64,000 nt of DNA from contig OZ037767.1 in assembly GCA_964035545.1 (NCBI GenBank), positions 9,744,581-9,808,580 of the forward strand. The letters are read 5' to 3'. This document shows, piece by piece, positions 12,841-32,697 of the stretch (the stretch's first letter is position 1; each line of letters starts with the position of its first letter). The translations under genes were made by a program, and so were the position numbers. The stretch comes from Bugula neritina. Taxonomy: Eukaryota; Animalia; Bryozoa. The notes under the pieces are model-generated. The model was not told the DNA's origin. It was given only the letters and a program-made list of their open reading frames with translations, and searched no databases.

Positions 12841-15001
12841 TAAGGCATCATAGTTATTTTATGAAGTGTCTGTGATAATTGTTAGAAGACCCAGCAAGTA
12901 GGGTTTTGATGTAGTAGAACATTTTGTTTTGTCATTTTTTATTGTCTTGCACTATTGATGTCTAACCAATATAGGTGTGTTTGTTGCTAGTGAAATACAA
13001 ACAATAAGTGTTGCCATGACAACCACATCCCTGGCAACTTGGATTTCCAATAGGTGTGTTTGACTTGAAATACTTTGTGTGCAGCAACCTCTTTGGTGTG
13101 AAGATATAATAAATATATAACAGTTATTTTTTTATTATTAGGTACTTTATAATTTATATCTTTCTTTTTACAGTTCATAAAATAAATTATAGTTATTGTA
13201 TTTGAAAATGCATTTTCTCATAGCTATTTGCAATGTATTTATATGCTGTATAATGATACACATATTTAGGTACATATATATGCGTTTATGTAAATGTATG
13301 ATCATCTTGTATTGTTTCTATGACTAAATGTTCATTAATAGCACAAGTCATCGTTGTATTGAAGCTCTGAGCAAAGCTCATGCATTGACAGGCAATCATT
13401 CTATTAGTAATAATGATTGTTTAAGTTTGTGTGTAATTAGGTATTGCACTTGTCCATCACCTGTAATCACATGCCATTTAATCCTATGTTTAAACCTAAG
13501 CCACTAGGATTACTGCATCAGTCACATTTAGGATTTGCTGTCATGAAGATGACCTCATGATTCTATAAATAGATTGTAGTTGCTATACCACCAGAATGCT
13601 TCCTCTTGGATATTATAAGGAAAATTGGATTTTGGTTTGTAGAAAGCACAAACTAAATTGTAATGTTGGCAAGAAATTTGTAAATGCATTCATTATTGAA
13701 AGACATTTTTCCCTGTTGTAATGCTGAAAGTTTAGTAATCGTGTATTTTGATTTATACAAAATTAAAAATTGACGTGTATCATTATTTAAGAAGCATTGT
13801 ACCACTTCACGCCCCAAATAGTTTCATAATTTCACTTTATTCATATAAAATAAAATATATTCTTGCATTTGTAGAGTTACAAACTTGAAGACTATTTTTC
13901 AAGTGCCTCATTCATAACGTCATCCTTTGGGATTATAACATTATTACAAATGGCATGCTGTTATATGAATATGTACCACATACGTTGTTTATACCTCCAT
14001 TATGAAGATATGTATATACAATATGGTGAAGAGTATAAGCATAAACCTCACTAAAGCTTAAGTAGAAATTAGTATTGCTGAAAAAACTAAACAGTTTTAA
14101 AACTTAGAGCTGTTGAAATAAAGTCATTCAAAAAAATATCCATGCTTAACCAATAATATTTAATTAAACACTATGTGATCATGCTAGATAAAATATATAT
14201 AATTGCTACATGTTCATTTTAATGGACCAATTCTTTGGATAATTCTTATTAGTTCGTTTGTAAATAATTTTTAAAACATAAACCCATTTTCCCACAAATT
14301 TAGATTACGCTGCTTCAAGCATAAATATCATTTACATTTTTAATTATGGTCTGAATTCTCATCCACATTTATTATTACTTTCACATGTGTGTTTCATATA
14401 TATATATTCTTTCTATAACATATTGGTGTTGGCTCATAATTTAATACAGGCACCTGTAATTGCTGAGCACATTTTGCACTTACGACTGAGCATTCATACA
14501 GATAATTGACAGCTACTTTACACATTCAGCTAAGCAAAAAAATATTACAAAAATATTCAACCATTGATAAAAAAGCATATTTGGAATTAATAATCATTCA
14601 CATTCTACGCTAATTAAGAGAATGTTATTTCTATCAGATGAAACCGTCTTGAATTCTTCTGTTATTTTATCAAAAAAGTGAGGTTTAAAACTAATTGAAA
14701 ACAAAAAGTAAGCCTCATAACCAGGGCCTTCAAGTTATACGTAACGAATTATAAATCTGTGGCTATTTTATAGTCTGATTACTTTTCGTGCAGCAAGTAA
14801 ATAATTTTTTTGGCTAGATGACTTGCTTCACCATAGGTCAGCATGCTGCCTATGTATATATAGAGAGTACCTACAGGCTGTGAGATTCATTAGCCATTAT
14901 CTCACTGCTCAGTAGCTTTTAATTAGTGGCTTGTAGATTAATGAAGCTAGTCGACTTGTCAGCTCATCTCCTTCTGAATACTACACTCCTGGGTTGACAG
15001 T

Positions 15002-21584
<6,583 letters not shown>

Positions 21585-24500
21585 GTTTAAAATAGCCTAT
21601 ATAACTAGTCATGACATTTTAGAATTAAATCAGAATTTATAAAATAAATGACAATAATATATATCATGCAATTCAGCCTGCATGTTGAACGACAATGAGT
21701 AAAAGTAACACAGGTTTGCTCTACCTGCTTATATTTTTCACGGAAGCTCAAAAATTATGTTGAAACCCCAAACCCTAAACCACCACATGTAAGAATGATA
21801 GAATTCATCCAATACATCATTTTGTACCATGCAGCATATATGTATTGTATATATTAGTCATTATACATTAATATTGTATTTATTTTCATATAATTGCAGA
21901 GCTAATGACTAATCGGTTAGGTCTCTTTTTCTATTTTTAGTAACTCTGTCAACAGATATTTTGACTATCTTACCTTTTATTGTAAAAATTGTAAAATATT
22001 GCGAAAGTTATACACAACGTAACTATCATGAAATCTATATAATATAAACTTTATGCATTTAAAGAAAGGTATACAGCTTTAAACTGTCAGTTTTATTTAT
22101 AAATATATTTTACTTTGATATGACACACGCAAGTAGGTATTATCATTATGTGAATATAATAGCCTGTATAGTTTAACAAATTATATATTTTTAATTGAAA
22201 ATTTCACCACAGCAAGTATTTATATATCCCAACTTTGGCAGAGTGTAAAAATAAAATTAGTGTTATATTTAATTTCCTAAACATGTACTTCTATTTTTAA
22301 CCTTTTTAACCGCCCAATCTTTTCTTCACGAGGAATGAAATGCAATATTTATTAACAACCTGTATCATTATATAACAAAAAACAATATTTTTATGTGTTT
22401 TTATTTTTTAGATAACTACAGCCTGTGACAATATTATGTATCCAAATTTTACTCAATTAATTATTTTATTAATCAAAACATGTGATCCTACGTTGAAGTT
22501 TTGCTTGAATAGATATATATTTTCATTTTAATACCTTACATAATACTGTATAATATGGAAATAAAAAATGAACAGTTAAATATCAAGTATTAGTAATAAA
22601 CTTATAATGATAATATATTTGTTTTCATGTATTCTGTAAAAGCATTTAAAAGAATTTTAGCCATTTCCTGTCGACAGAAGTGACTTCATACCCAGTGCCT
22701 GTCACAGCTCATGGTGACACGTATGACTCATCATCTCTAAGCCCATGAACGAAGTTATACTATATATCGATTTGTAATCAGATTTGGCTTTGATTTGTTT
22801 GATTTTGGTATATAATTCTATTGACTAAAAGTGTCTCATTGCTTTAATCTCTCTTATATACACCACTTGGGCGAATGACAATTTCTTCAATGAGTTTACT
22901 CATCATGTTATTCACCAAACTGGTACCTGTTCATTGCTGTTATTCATTCATTGATACTACAAGCTTGCTTGCACAGTTTACCTTAGCTCAGGCCTTTCAC
23001 TCTCTGACATGTTTTCTTCATTATGTTTACATCTCCGCTTTTACTCTCAAAAAGCAAATATTAAAAATAGAGCAGCTGTCAAAAAGGTTACAGCTGGGAA
23101 AGTTGCATGTAGTTTTAGTCTAAAAAGTTGAATTATTATAAAATTCTATATAAAATTAAAAAATGTATGTAATGAACTCGCTAATGTATGATATCACTAC
23201 TGAGATAATCTAAACAAATAGCCAGAGTATAGGTAAATAGAGGAATGTTTCTTCACAGTGTGGTAGCCCATACCCTCCCATCACTTATATAACTCCAGCA
23301 CAAGATGCCTTACCTTGATTGGCAGCTATCTGACAGTCTGTTAATTACCTGCAACGTAGAAATAATGTCATGAATAATTTTTTACACCTGCTTACTATTA
23401 CTGCAATAGCAAAAAAGTTCTTGTGCAAACAGCAATAACAGAGAACTTTAAATAAGACCAGTCTGCTAGCTAATTGAGTAAACATGTAGTTGCATGTGCC
23501 CCCATGTGCTTTCATATGCACACAACAACTACACCTCACACTAAGTGTCAGCTATTTGGGCATGCAGGAAGAAGAGTAAAACTGACAGTCCACAGCAAGT
23601 GCTGCTTGCACTTGCCACCCTTCCGATAAACTAGCAGCTGCCTAATTTAAACTGCTGACTATACAGATGTGGGCTTGCTTTCTCACAGCACACTGACACG
23701 ATGCCTTTAGCCAATATACAGAATATCACAAACATGCTCAGTCTATTTTATTAACTTTACAAAAAAACACAACATCATACATTTTAGTGAAACAATACAA
23801 GTTGTGATTGCAGACAGACAAACAGACAGATAAACTTGAAATGAGCATGGAAATTTTCAAGTTGTTAATAATATTATTTCAACCAGGGCTTTATGCAAAA
23901 CGTTGGAGCCAGCGAGGTTTGAACACAGGTTGAACAAATAGAATACGCACTGATTAAACTACGATTATAAAAACAAAGTGATAAGGGTTTTGGCTTTCAA
24001 GATGGGACTAGAGTAAAGAAATAGAAATGTCTCTTATCAAAGTCAATTTGAGGGTTAGTAAAGGCATACCAAGTTCTCAAAAGTTAAACTTGACATTATA
24101 ATCCAGTCTCTAACCAACATATAGTGTATTAATATAGTATTATAACGCTTTATATTGAATAACTGTATAACTAAAAATTTTCCATAAATATTCAACGTTT
24201 CGCAGTCTTACAGTAAATGCATATTAATAGGCTTATGGTTCTAAGTCCACAAAGTGATGCTACAGGGCTTGAGCTGTACTTATTTTTAATTAAACATTTT
24301 GGAATAAAACAAAGAAGCTAATGTACATTTTTCTAACATAAAATACAATGCCTGTGTTTTTAAAATATAACATGCGCTTCAAAATTGATTTTTTTTTTTT
24401 TATTTCATTTTATACTCAATTAATGTTGTTATGCATTGTTATTGTTTGTTACTCATAAAAATAAAATTTTACATTAAAAACTAGAAAAAAATCACAGGAG

Positions 24501-25424
24501 AGAGTCCTGAATTCATTGGTTTATTTTCCAGTAGTTTGCTGTTTATTAATGAGGCATTAGAAAGTCAGTGTTTGTACCTAACGCTGTCAGCATCTAGACG
24601 AAGTAGTCGGCCATGTGCGACATAATTACTGTTGTATAACGCCAACAGAGCCCTCAACTCCACTTCACGCACCTCTTCAGCACTGCCTAGACACTTTCAC
24701 ACCTCACACATTGCCACATTAGGCTCTAGCAAAATACTTGTCTTATTGTAATATCATTGTTATGATAAAATGAGCTCTTGTCGTTGAAATGGCTTTTTGC
24801 CATTTTGTGTAACCGGAAGCATCAATTTTTGCATTTGATCAACTAGCCTAATTATTAAATGACAACAAAGAATGGCAGCTTTGAGATTTTTGGTAAAAAA
24901 ATGATGAAGTTTTGGCCATACTTATTATACTTGCTTATTATACTTGCAAAAAATTCTTTTGCAACTGCTTACAAACTTTTTAAAGAATAAATGCAGCAGG
25001 TTACAGAATTTATTAAATTGTGAATCATATATACATATATTTAACTTATTTTTTCCAGTTAGCGCTTTATTTGATTAAAATTTGCATCACAAAAAGATAT
25101 ATTATACTTCCAGTGAATAAAATGGTATCAAAACAGATTAAAAACGCCAGTTTGCTTCGAATTGAAGTGGCTGCCTGAAACTTTTTATCAACATTAATCT
25201 ATTATTAGGTCAAATTCATTTGAGTATTTACAGCTCACTCTTATAATTCTAATATTCAAGCTAGCAAATAATAGTAAACTGTTTGTGGTCAATCTATAAA
25301 TATCTGTTTAATTGTCTGATGGAACTTATTTTTATGAATGACTTGTGTGTGGCTAATTGGTGGTCTTTCTGTCAAATTGTTTAATCAGAAAATCGCAAAT
25401 CAGGGAGTAATTAGGATTGATAAT

Positions 25425-25530
25425 AACTAGCCAATCAGAATGCAGTGTGTCACCTACAGTGCGTTCTGTCGTCGTGTGTATAGCAGATGAACAATGTTCT
25501 ATCGCACCAGCTCTCTTTCTATATATATTA
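25425..25530 (+). promoter_or_regulatory. Putative core promoter of Vsx B (CCAAT box and TATA-like element)
   Basis: AGCCAATCAG at 25429-25438 and TATATATA at about 25520, roughly 250-340 bp upstream of the ATG. Motif match only. Confidence 0.4.
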
Positions 25531-25771
25531 TTTCATATTGCTTATCAGGAATAGTTATAGGAACAACCTCAGCCTCGGTCTGTCTCATTTATCTCTTTGA
25601 GTTCATGTGCTCAACTCAACGTGTGTCACCGGAGATAAGAAAGAAGAGCTTTAAAAGCTAAAGCTAGTGCGAATTCTACTCACAGCAACATTCAACTGGA
25701 CAAAAGGCTTATTACCCTCATACTCAAGTAAAACTTTGTAATTTTTTTAAAAAAATTGAACAGAATTCTCA

Positions 25772-28700
25772 ATGACTGTGAGCGATATGATTACACATCA
25801 CCCATCTTATCCCGGATACAACACACAGAGCAATGGTCTGTTCCACGGATATCATGCTGCACCTCACACTACCTCTAACCACCTCTTCAACAGCTCCCAT
25901 AACTCTAGACCAGCTTTTGGTATTCACGACCTACTCGGACTGGGACATAATCAGCAGCTGAGTCCCGTACCAGAATACCAACACGTGAGTCTAGGAAATG
26001 GAGTTGGGGGTGGCGCAACGCATACAAGTATTGCCCAGCAGCAGGCTTTCCATCACACTAGTCAAGTCAGCGTTCAAAGGCAGCAGATGATAAACTGTGC
26101 AAATACAGGTAAGCATCTAATAATGCTGATATTGTTGTTTTACTTTCTTTCATTTTTTATTTGTATTGTCTTGAAAAGTATTTACTAGCTTGAAATTATA
26201 AATTTATCTTTGCATTTTAAGCAAAATAAGTTATACAAAATGCCATTAAAAATTATTACTGTATATTATTTCTATTTTTGACTGAAGTATACTAAAATCA
26301 CAAACTTAAAGCCGCAATGAAATTTTGCTACGTTGTAATATGACAAACTTATAGTTTTGCAAATGCTTTTCTGAAGTATTAAAATTTACCCAGAATTTTA
26401 AAGCATATTCATATCCCATGATGCAATGCATACCACGAGTTATTGATCAATAGTCTGGTAATTAATTAGGACAACATATTTGTAATCTTACCTAATATAA
26501 AACCCAATTGAGTAATTAATATTCCAAGCCCTGCATGTAATCTAAATACAATAATTTAGTCTTGTAATCATTCTATAATACTTGGAGACTTTAGATGCAT
26601 GCACAGATTAAATAATCTCTAGCATGTCTTTGCATGCAACTAAACAGAATTCATCAATACTGGGCATATGACATATATTCACAAAATCTTGCCTATACAA
26701 TGTTTAAGGTGCGTTTAATATCCAGTTCAAAATATTTACTGAGCTTATGTTGTTTTTTATGTTTGGCAGCAGTTATAGTAACCAGTTTAAACAATTTACT
26801 GTATATGTGTTACATGTTATGTTTAGCAGCAAATACGAGTTACTATGCTGACTGTGGCAGCAATGGCATGCTGGGAATGACACCAGGAAGTCAGCACGTT
26901 ATACCATCACCACCACAGCCCCCACCATATAACGGACAGCACACTTCTTGGCCAATAAACTTCACTAACCATTCAACAGACAACCAGTGTTTCTCTAACG
27001 GAAGTTTACCCCCTTCTTCAGGTAGGCCGACTTATTGGCTGTCTTCTAGTTATCTACACTAAGTCTTCATAGTTCTTGCTGAAGATGCACAAAGAAAAAA
27101 AGTTGCTAGCAACATTCTTTTTACTTTTATTATAATAACTTTTTTGTAAAAATTAAATTATCATTTCTTCTATTATAATAATTTCTTTCAAGTTTTACGC
27201 ATAGTACTAAGAAAATTGTGCTACAAGCTATTTTTTCATGCAGAATTTTTTTAAATCGTCAAGAAAATTTGCAATATTTAGTCCATGCTTTGTTGTAAGT
27301 TGTCTCATACATGGAGGCAGTCATTGTGAAAGTTTTGCCAAAATATTATACTTTAGTCTCTAGGTGCATGAATTAGGAAATAGATTCTTGCTTGCAACTT
27401 ACACTGTTTCAAAAAGTCAAACAAAGTTACATTGAAATAGAAGAGTATTTCAAGTCTAAACAAATAAGGGAATTGTTGCAGCTAGTGCAAACCAGTTGTA
27501 TTCTTGGGATCAACAAATTCCTATTATCACTCATGTGTAGTTTCACTATAGAATTCTATTTCGCCAGTTTTTAGCTTAATATCTGAATGTGTTAAAAATT
27601 GTTAATTCAGTGATACAGGTTTAGCAAGTAATAAATAATGTTTTTTTGCATAAGCTACAAATTGGGTTTTGAATTTAAAGCCATTTTGCATCCTTCACCT
27701 ATGTTTATTGTACTTTGGTGTACAAGCTGGTAGATATTTTAGTATGAAACAAATTTCAACACTTGTATGTTGCCAGCTGCTAACAAAATATTGAGTGGCG
27801 TGTGACATAATATTCATTCATGCTTTTCCGATTATGAAAGTGTGTTTTATATGCAGTACATCTTTTTGCCTTTAATGCAAATTTTATTTATTTTAATATG
27901 CATACCTTTTGCAATCAAAAATTAAAAGTATGAAACTTGAAATCTAATTATAGTAAAAGTTCTAGAATTTGCTTTGTTTAAATAAAGATTCCCATATTAT
28001 AATACGAATGAGTGTATAATAATTATACATAATACATATACCTAGAAGTTTGTGTGACCATATTTTAATTATATTATATTGTACATATAGGTATGTATGT
28101 ATAACTGTATAATAATCATATTATATGCATATACCTACAAAATATATTCCTGTGTAAGGAATGCAATACTAAAGCTACTGCAGTCTATGGAATAAGTATG
28201 TGGTAATTGAGTAGTGAAGTGTGCTGGTTTGAGGTGTATGATAACTTAATGACATTACACACAAACTGTCATTATCTTAATTGTAATGATGGCCACATAA
28301 CAACAGGTTTCGCTAGATTTGCTCTAATTCTTGTTGTTAGCATAGCAAGACACGGACTACTTCTAATTCACAGACTAATTTTCATCAATGTTTAGATTCT
28401 CTCCACTTGTCTTTGTGACATTTTCAGTGGTTACTGTTTTACCAGGTGTTACTATAAATAGCATAGTCTAAAGGAAATGCAGTCCAGGTTCTACTGAACT
28501 AACCTATCTGTTGTAATTGCGTGTCAATCAAATCAAACCAATTCAAACAATCCTCAATTTTCACTACAAAAGAGAAATAATGATCAATTGTCTCATTAAT
28601 TTTTATTTGCTTGTCAGTCGCATTATATTCACCTGCTGATCATTTCTATATTATTTGTATGGTGCTGAAAATATTTCTATTACTCACTATAACATGAGCT

Positions 28701-30603
28701 ACAGCAGCAATTAAACGCAAGATTAAATACTATCTACATGAGTTACTTTTGAATAAATATTTAAATACTGGCTATAACAAGAAAACTCAAGAACCTACAA
28801 TGCACAACTTTACCTGCAATGTAAATTAAACTTATTTATTCACATCAGATTTTTGCTTTGAATTGATGAAACTGTAGATTTAAACTACTTAAATTGCATG
28901 TTCAAAAACTTGAATTATGTTAGTTGACATTACAAAGACTGCAATATGTTGTTTAAGATGTTTCTATTATATTTCCATATGTATCCGATACATGTTTTGT
29001 TTAGGCACTTTTATTATCTCTTTTTGGTGTAGTTATTATGCACACATTTTTCTAATTTATCGTATAACTAATCTAACAGTGATGTTAATTTAATAAAACA
29101 AATCAGTTTTTGAAATTAATACTAACTTCTTTATTTCTTTCCTGCTGTAGATGAGAGAGAGTTTGAAAGCCCGTACGCGAAACATGACATTGAAGTCAAA
29201 AGCGCTACAAAGAAAAGAAAGAGAAGACGACACCGTACAATATTCACCACAGGTCAAGTTGATGAGTTGGAGAAGATATTCCAGACAGCACACTACCCGG
29301 ATGTTGGAGCGAGAGAAAAGCTTTCCATAAAAACTGGTTTACCTGAAGACAGAATACAGGTGAGCATACCACAGAGCAAGTGGAGCAGAAGAGAGCTTTC
29401 CTAAGAAGTTACTCTAAATTTCCTAGCAATATGGGCTCATAGAAAGCTTTGTGAATATACAGCTTTACCTTATTTGTCTATAAATAACTTGCCATCACCA
29501 TCTTCATTGTTAAAGCTCAAGCTGTGATCATTTAAACAGAAATACAGAACACTAAATATTTGTCTACTAAGCACAACTGCAATATTAATAACTAATAAAA
29601 ATTTTAGTTTGAAAATGCTATGAATATGTAGGAATATTATCGCTTAATCACCAGATTTAATTCGTACCCAGGTCCAACTATCCTGTGCAACTTTCAAACT
29701 AATTACATAACTACAATGTAGTGTTAATTGGCTTAATTTAAGCAAATTACATAATAACAGATATCTCTTCTCCAGTAAATGATTTCTCTACTTTTACAAC
29801 AGGTTTGGTTTCAAAACAAAAGAGCAAAGTGGAGGAAAACAGAGAAAACGTGGGGAGCCAGTAGCATCATGGCTGAGTACGGGTTGTACGGGGCCATGGT
29901 GAGACACGCCCTACCACTACCAGAGTCGATTATAAAATCAGCTAAAGCTGGAGATGTTGAACAATCACAGGCACCATGGCTACTGGGTAAGAATACAATA
30001 TTTATTCAACATTCACATAAAACTCTGTAGTAGTGAGAGTTATAAACACATCATAAAAAATTTTAACGGTAAACCATAAATCATCTTATAACCATTTATA
30101 TTTCAACCCCTGCAGTGACAACTTGGTGTAGAAATTGAGAGATCTAAGTCAACACTTTTGCTTTAAGCATCTTATATTTTGCACTATGCTGTTGTATTTT
30201 AAATGAGCAATATGATGCGTAAAATACAATTTAGCTAATGTTTGCTTTTTAATAATTTATCTCGAGGATGCGATGAAAAAGTTTTGTCAATTATTTTGAT
30301 TATTGCAAAAAATAATAGCATATTATACCAGAGTTATGAAAGTTCTTTTGTCGTAAGTTTTGTTTTCGAGTAATGCATTTTATTGTTACAGGAATGCACA
30401 AGAAATCTGTGGAAGCTGCCATTACACTAGAATCTGAGGAAGTGAGATCTGGAGCAGAACAAAACTCTGACAGTATTGTAGCAATACGAGCTAGAGCCAA
30501 AGAACACAATGCTAAACTTCTCACAGCCATGAGCAATGACGAACTTATCCCAAGTGGCGATACTAAACATAGGGTAGACAACTTCAGTTTTAAAGATCTC
30601 TAA
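25772..30603 (+). CDS. Vsx: Vsx paralog B: eh1 + homeodomain + CVC + C-terminal OAR motif
   Basis: Exons 25772-26108, 26827(or 26830)-27021, 29151-29359, 29803-29986 and 30392-30603. eh1 is FGIHDLLGL. The homeodomain is [61 protein letters not shown] ends [15 protein letters not shown], and the OAR motif is [15 protein letters not shown]. Confidence 0.96.
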
Positions 30604-32697
30604 AGCCTTGGAAACAAATTAGAAAAGAGTAACTTTATTTGTAATTACATGTTACACAAATTTTCTTTCTAGTCACTTATTTATATGAGCTTATTTATGT
30701 TATTATTATTGCAACTGAGCCCACAAATAACTGAGCATTATAGTGGCCATTGAAGAAACATATTTGCACTTGAATTCTCTTTGCTATGCTTGCTAAATTT
30801 TTGTATGACAATCAAGTAATAACTATGAGCCATCACATATACCTATTTATATTAGCTTTTAGCTGAATTTCTAAAAAAATATTTTTCAATTGCTATATTG
30901 TTATAGGAAATATTTGTATGGCTATTTAACATAATATATACATTTATTTTCTTGCCAAAGATATATGTTTAGTTGCCATTACACTGTGTTGACATACAGC
31001 CAGGTTTATTACATGCACCATCAATTAGTCTCAAATAATAAATTATTATATTTAACATTGTGCTGTATAATGGCACCAAACCCTACAATAGTTATAGTCA
31101 ATTAAAATAATTTATAAAGGAAGACCCAGTGTTTTCTTGAACCATTCTGTTAATATGAGCATATAGATACAAATCAAAAAAATGATAGTATAAAGATGGA
31201 GATGCAATAGGCATTTTACATTCTAATCAATTAAATAAAGTGTACATGAAAATCATAAAGAACATGCAATGAGAAATAGTCACTTTTGGTTACTTTAATG
31301 CTGAGTTACTACAGGTAAAAGACACTTACATAAGTGTGTAAATATAGTTGATATCATGATGTAAACTATCCATAATTTATATTCCATATTGTGGCCTTAT
31401 TTTAAAAATTAATTTGAAGTAATGTGTCTAGCATTTGACCTACAATATCAACAACTAAAATCTTTTAATTAATTACAATTTAGATCAACTGGTCTCTTGT
31501 ACATGTGTAATATGATAACAATATAATGCATAATGTAATTGATAATATTTTATGTATAATATAATATAATGTATATAATAGTATAATATATAATACAATG
31601 CATGGAATGAGAACATAATACATGAAAATAATATAATGTATGTAATAATATGATTATTATAAACTTACAAACTTGGTGCTAGCACACAATGAAATTTTCC
31701 TTGTATTAGTGTATATCTATCTGTTATGCATATTTCAAAACTAAGATGCAAACATAAATATGACTCATCAGCAAATAACTAGTAAGGACGGTACTAATTA
31801 TACAGCAGAATATGAAATTCAATGGTTCACAATGTGTTATTTTTTGCTTCTTTTGCTATACGTACTATGCAAACTGTACAATCCGAACCGTCAGACTAAC
31901 CTAGCTTGGCCATGTATTGCATTTCAACTGAAATGAACAAGAATTTAAAATGGAGTAAATTTTCAGACATTTAAAACGGCACTCCGCTAGAAATCCAGTC
32001 GCTTCTTGGAAAAACAGGAATAAGATAACTCCAACAACACGTCAAGATTTGAGTAGTTGCATATTTGTGGAATTGTACTGAATACTTTAGTTGCATGCAA
32101 ATACTTAAACTTGATCAAACAATTCCAGACAACCCAATCAACATTCTTACAACAGTGTTATATCAATACCAGCTTTTATTTCAAGTTTTTGGTAATTTAA
32201 TATCACACACATAGATTACTGGCTACTCTTCATATTTGTCTCAAGATTGAAGATAGTTTGGTGTCACGGCATTTTACTAGGCCACCCCTAGCGAGGTTTA
32301 TTATTTGTTTATAAAACTACAGAAAAGGCATTGTTCTATGAAAGGTGTATTTACAAGTAAAGATAAAATACAAAGATATTCCGCTACCAGAACAGAACAG
32401 AGCGGAGATAGGCGAGGATAACATAAAAAGATATTGGATTATAAATTTGTGTTCTACAAAGTAGTTTGTCAGTCAACGTATGGTTTTCACTAGAAGCATG
32501 TCCGTCATAGTGTTTGCTGCACTTCCTACTGCCCAGGGACTTCTTGTCACTCTTTTCACTTGACTACGGTCTCATCAACAAAAACCCTGGATGCAGAAAA
32601 AAATTACTTAAATTGTTAGTATGTGAAAGCGACCAACAACTGTAGTAGTACTGACAGCATGGGAATGAAAGACTGAGATTAACTCACTTGCATAGAC

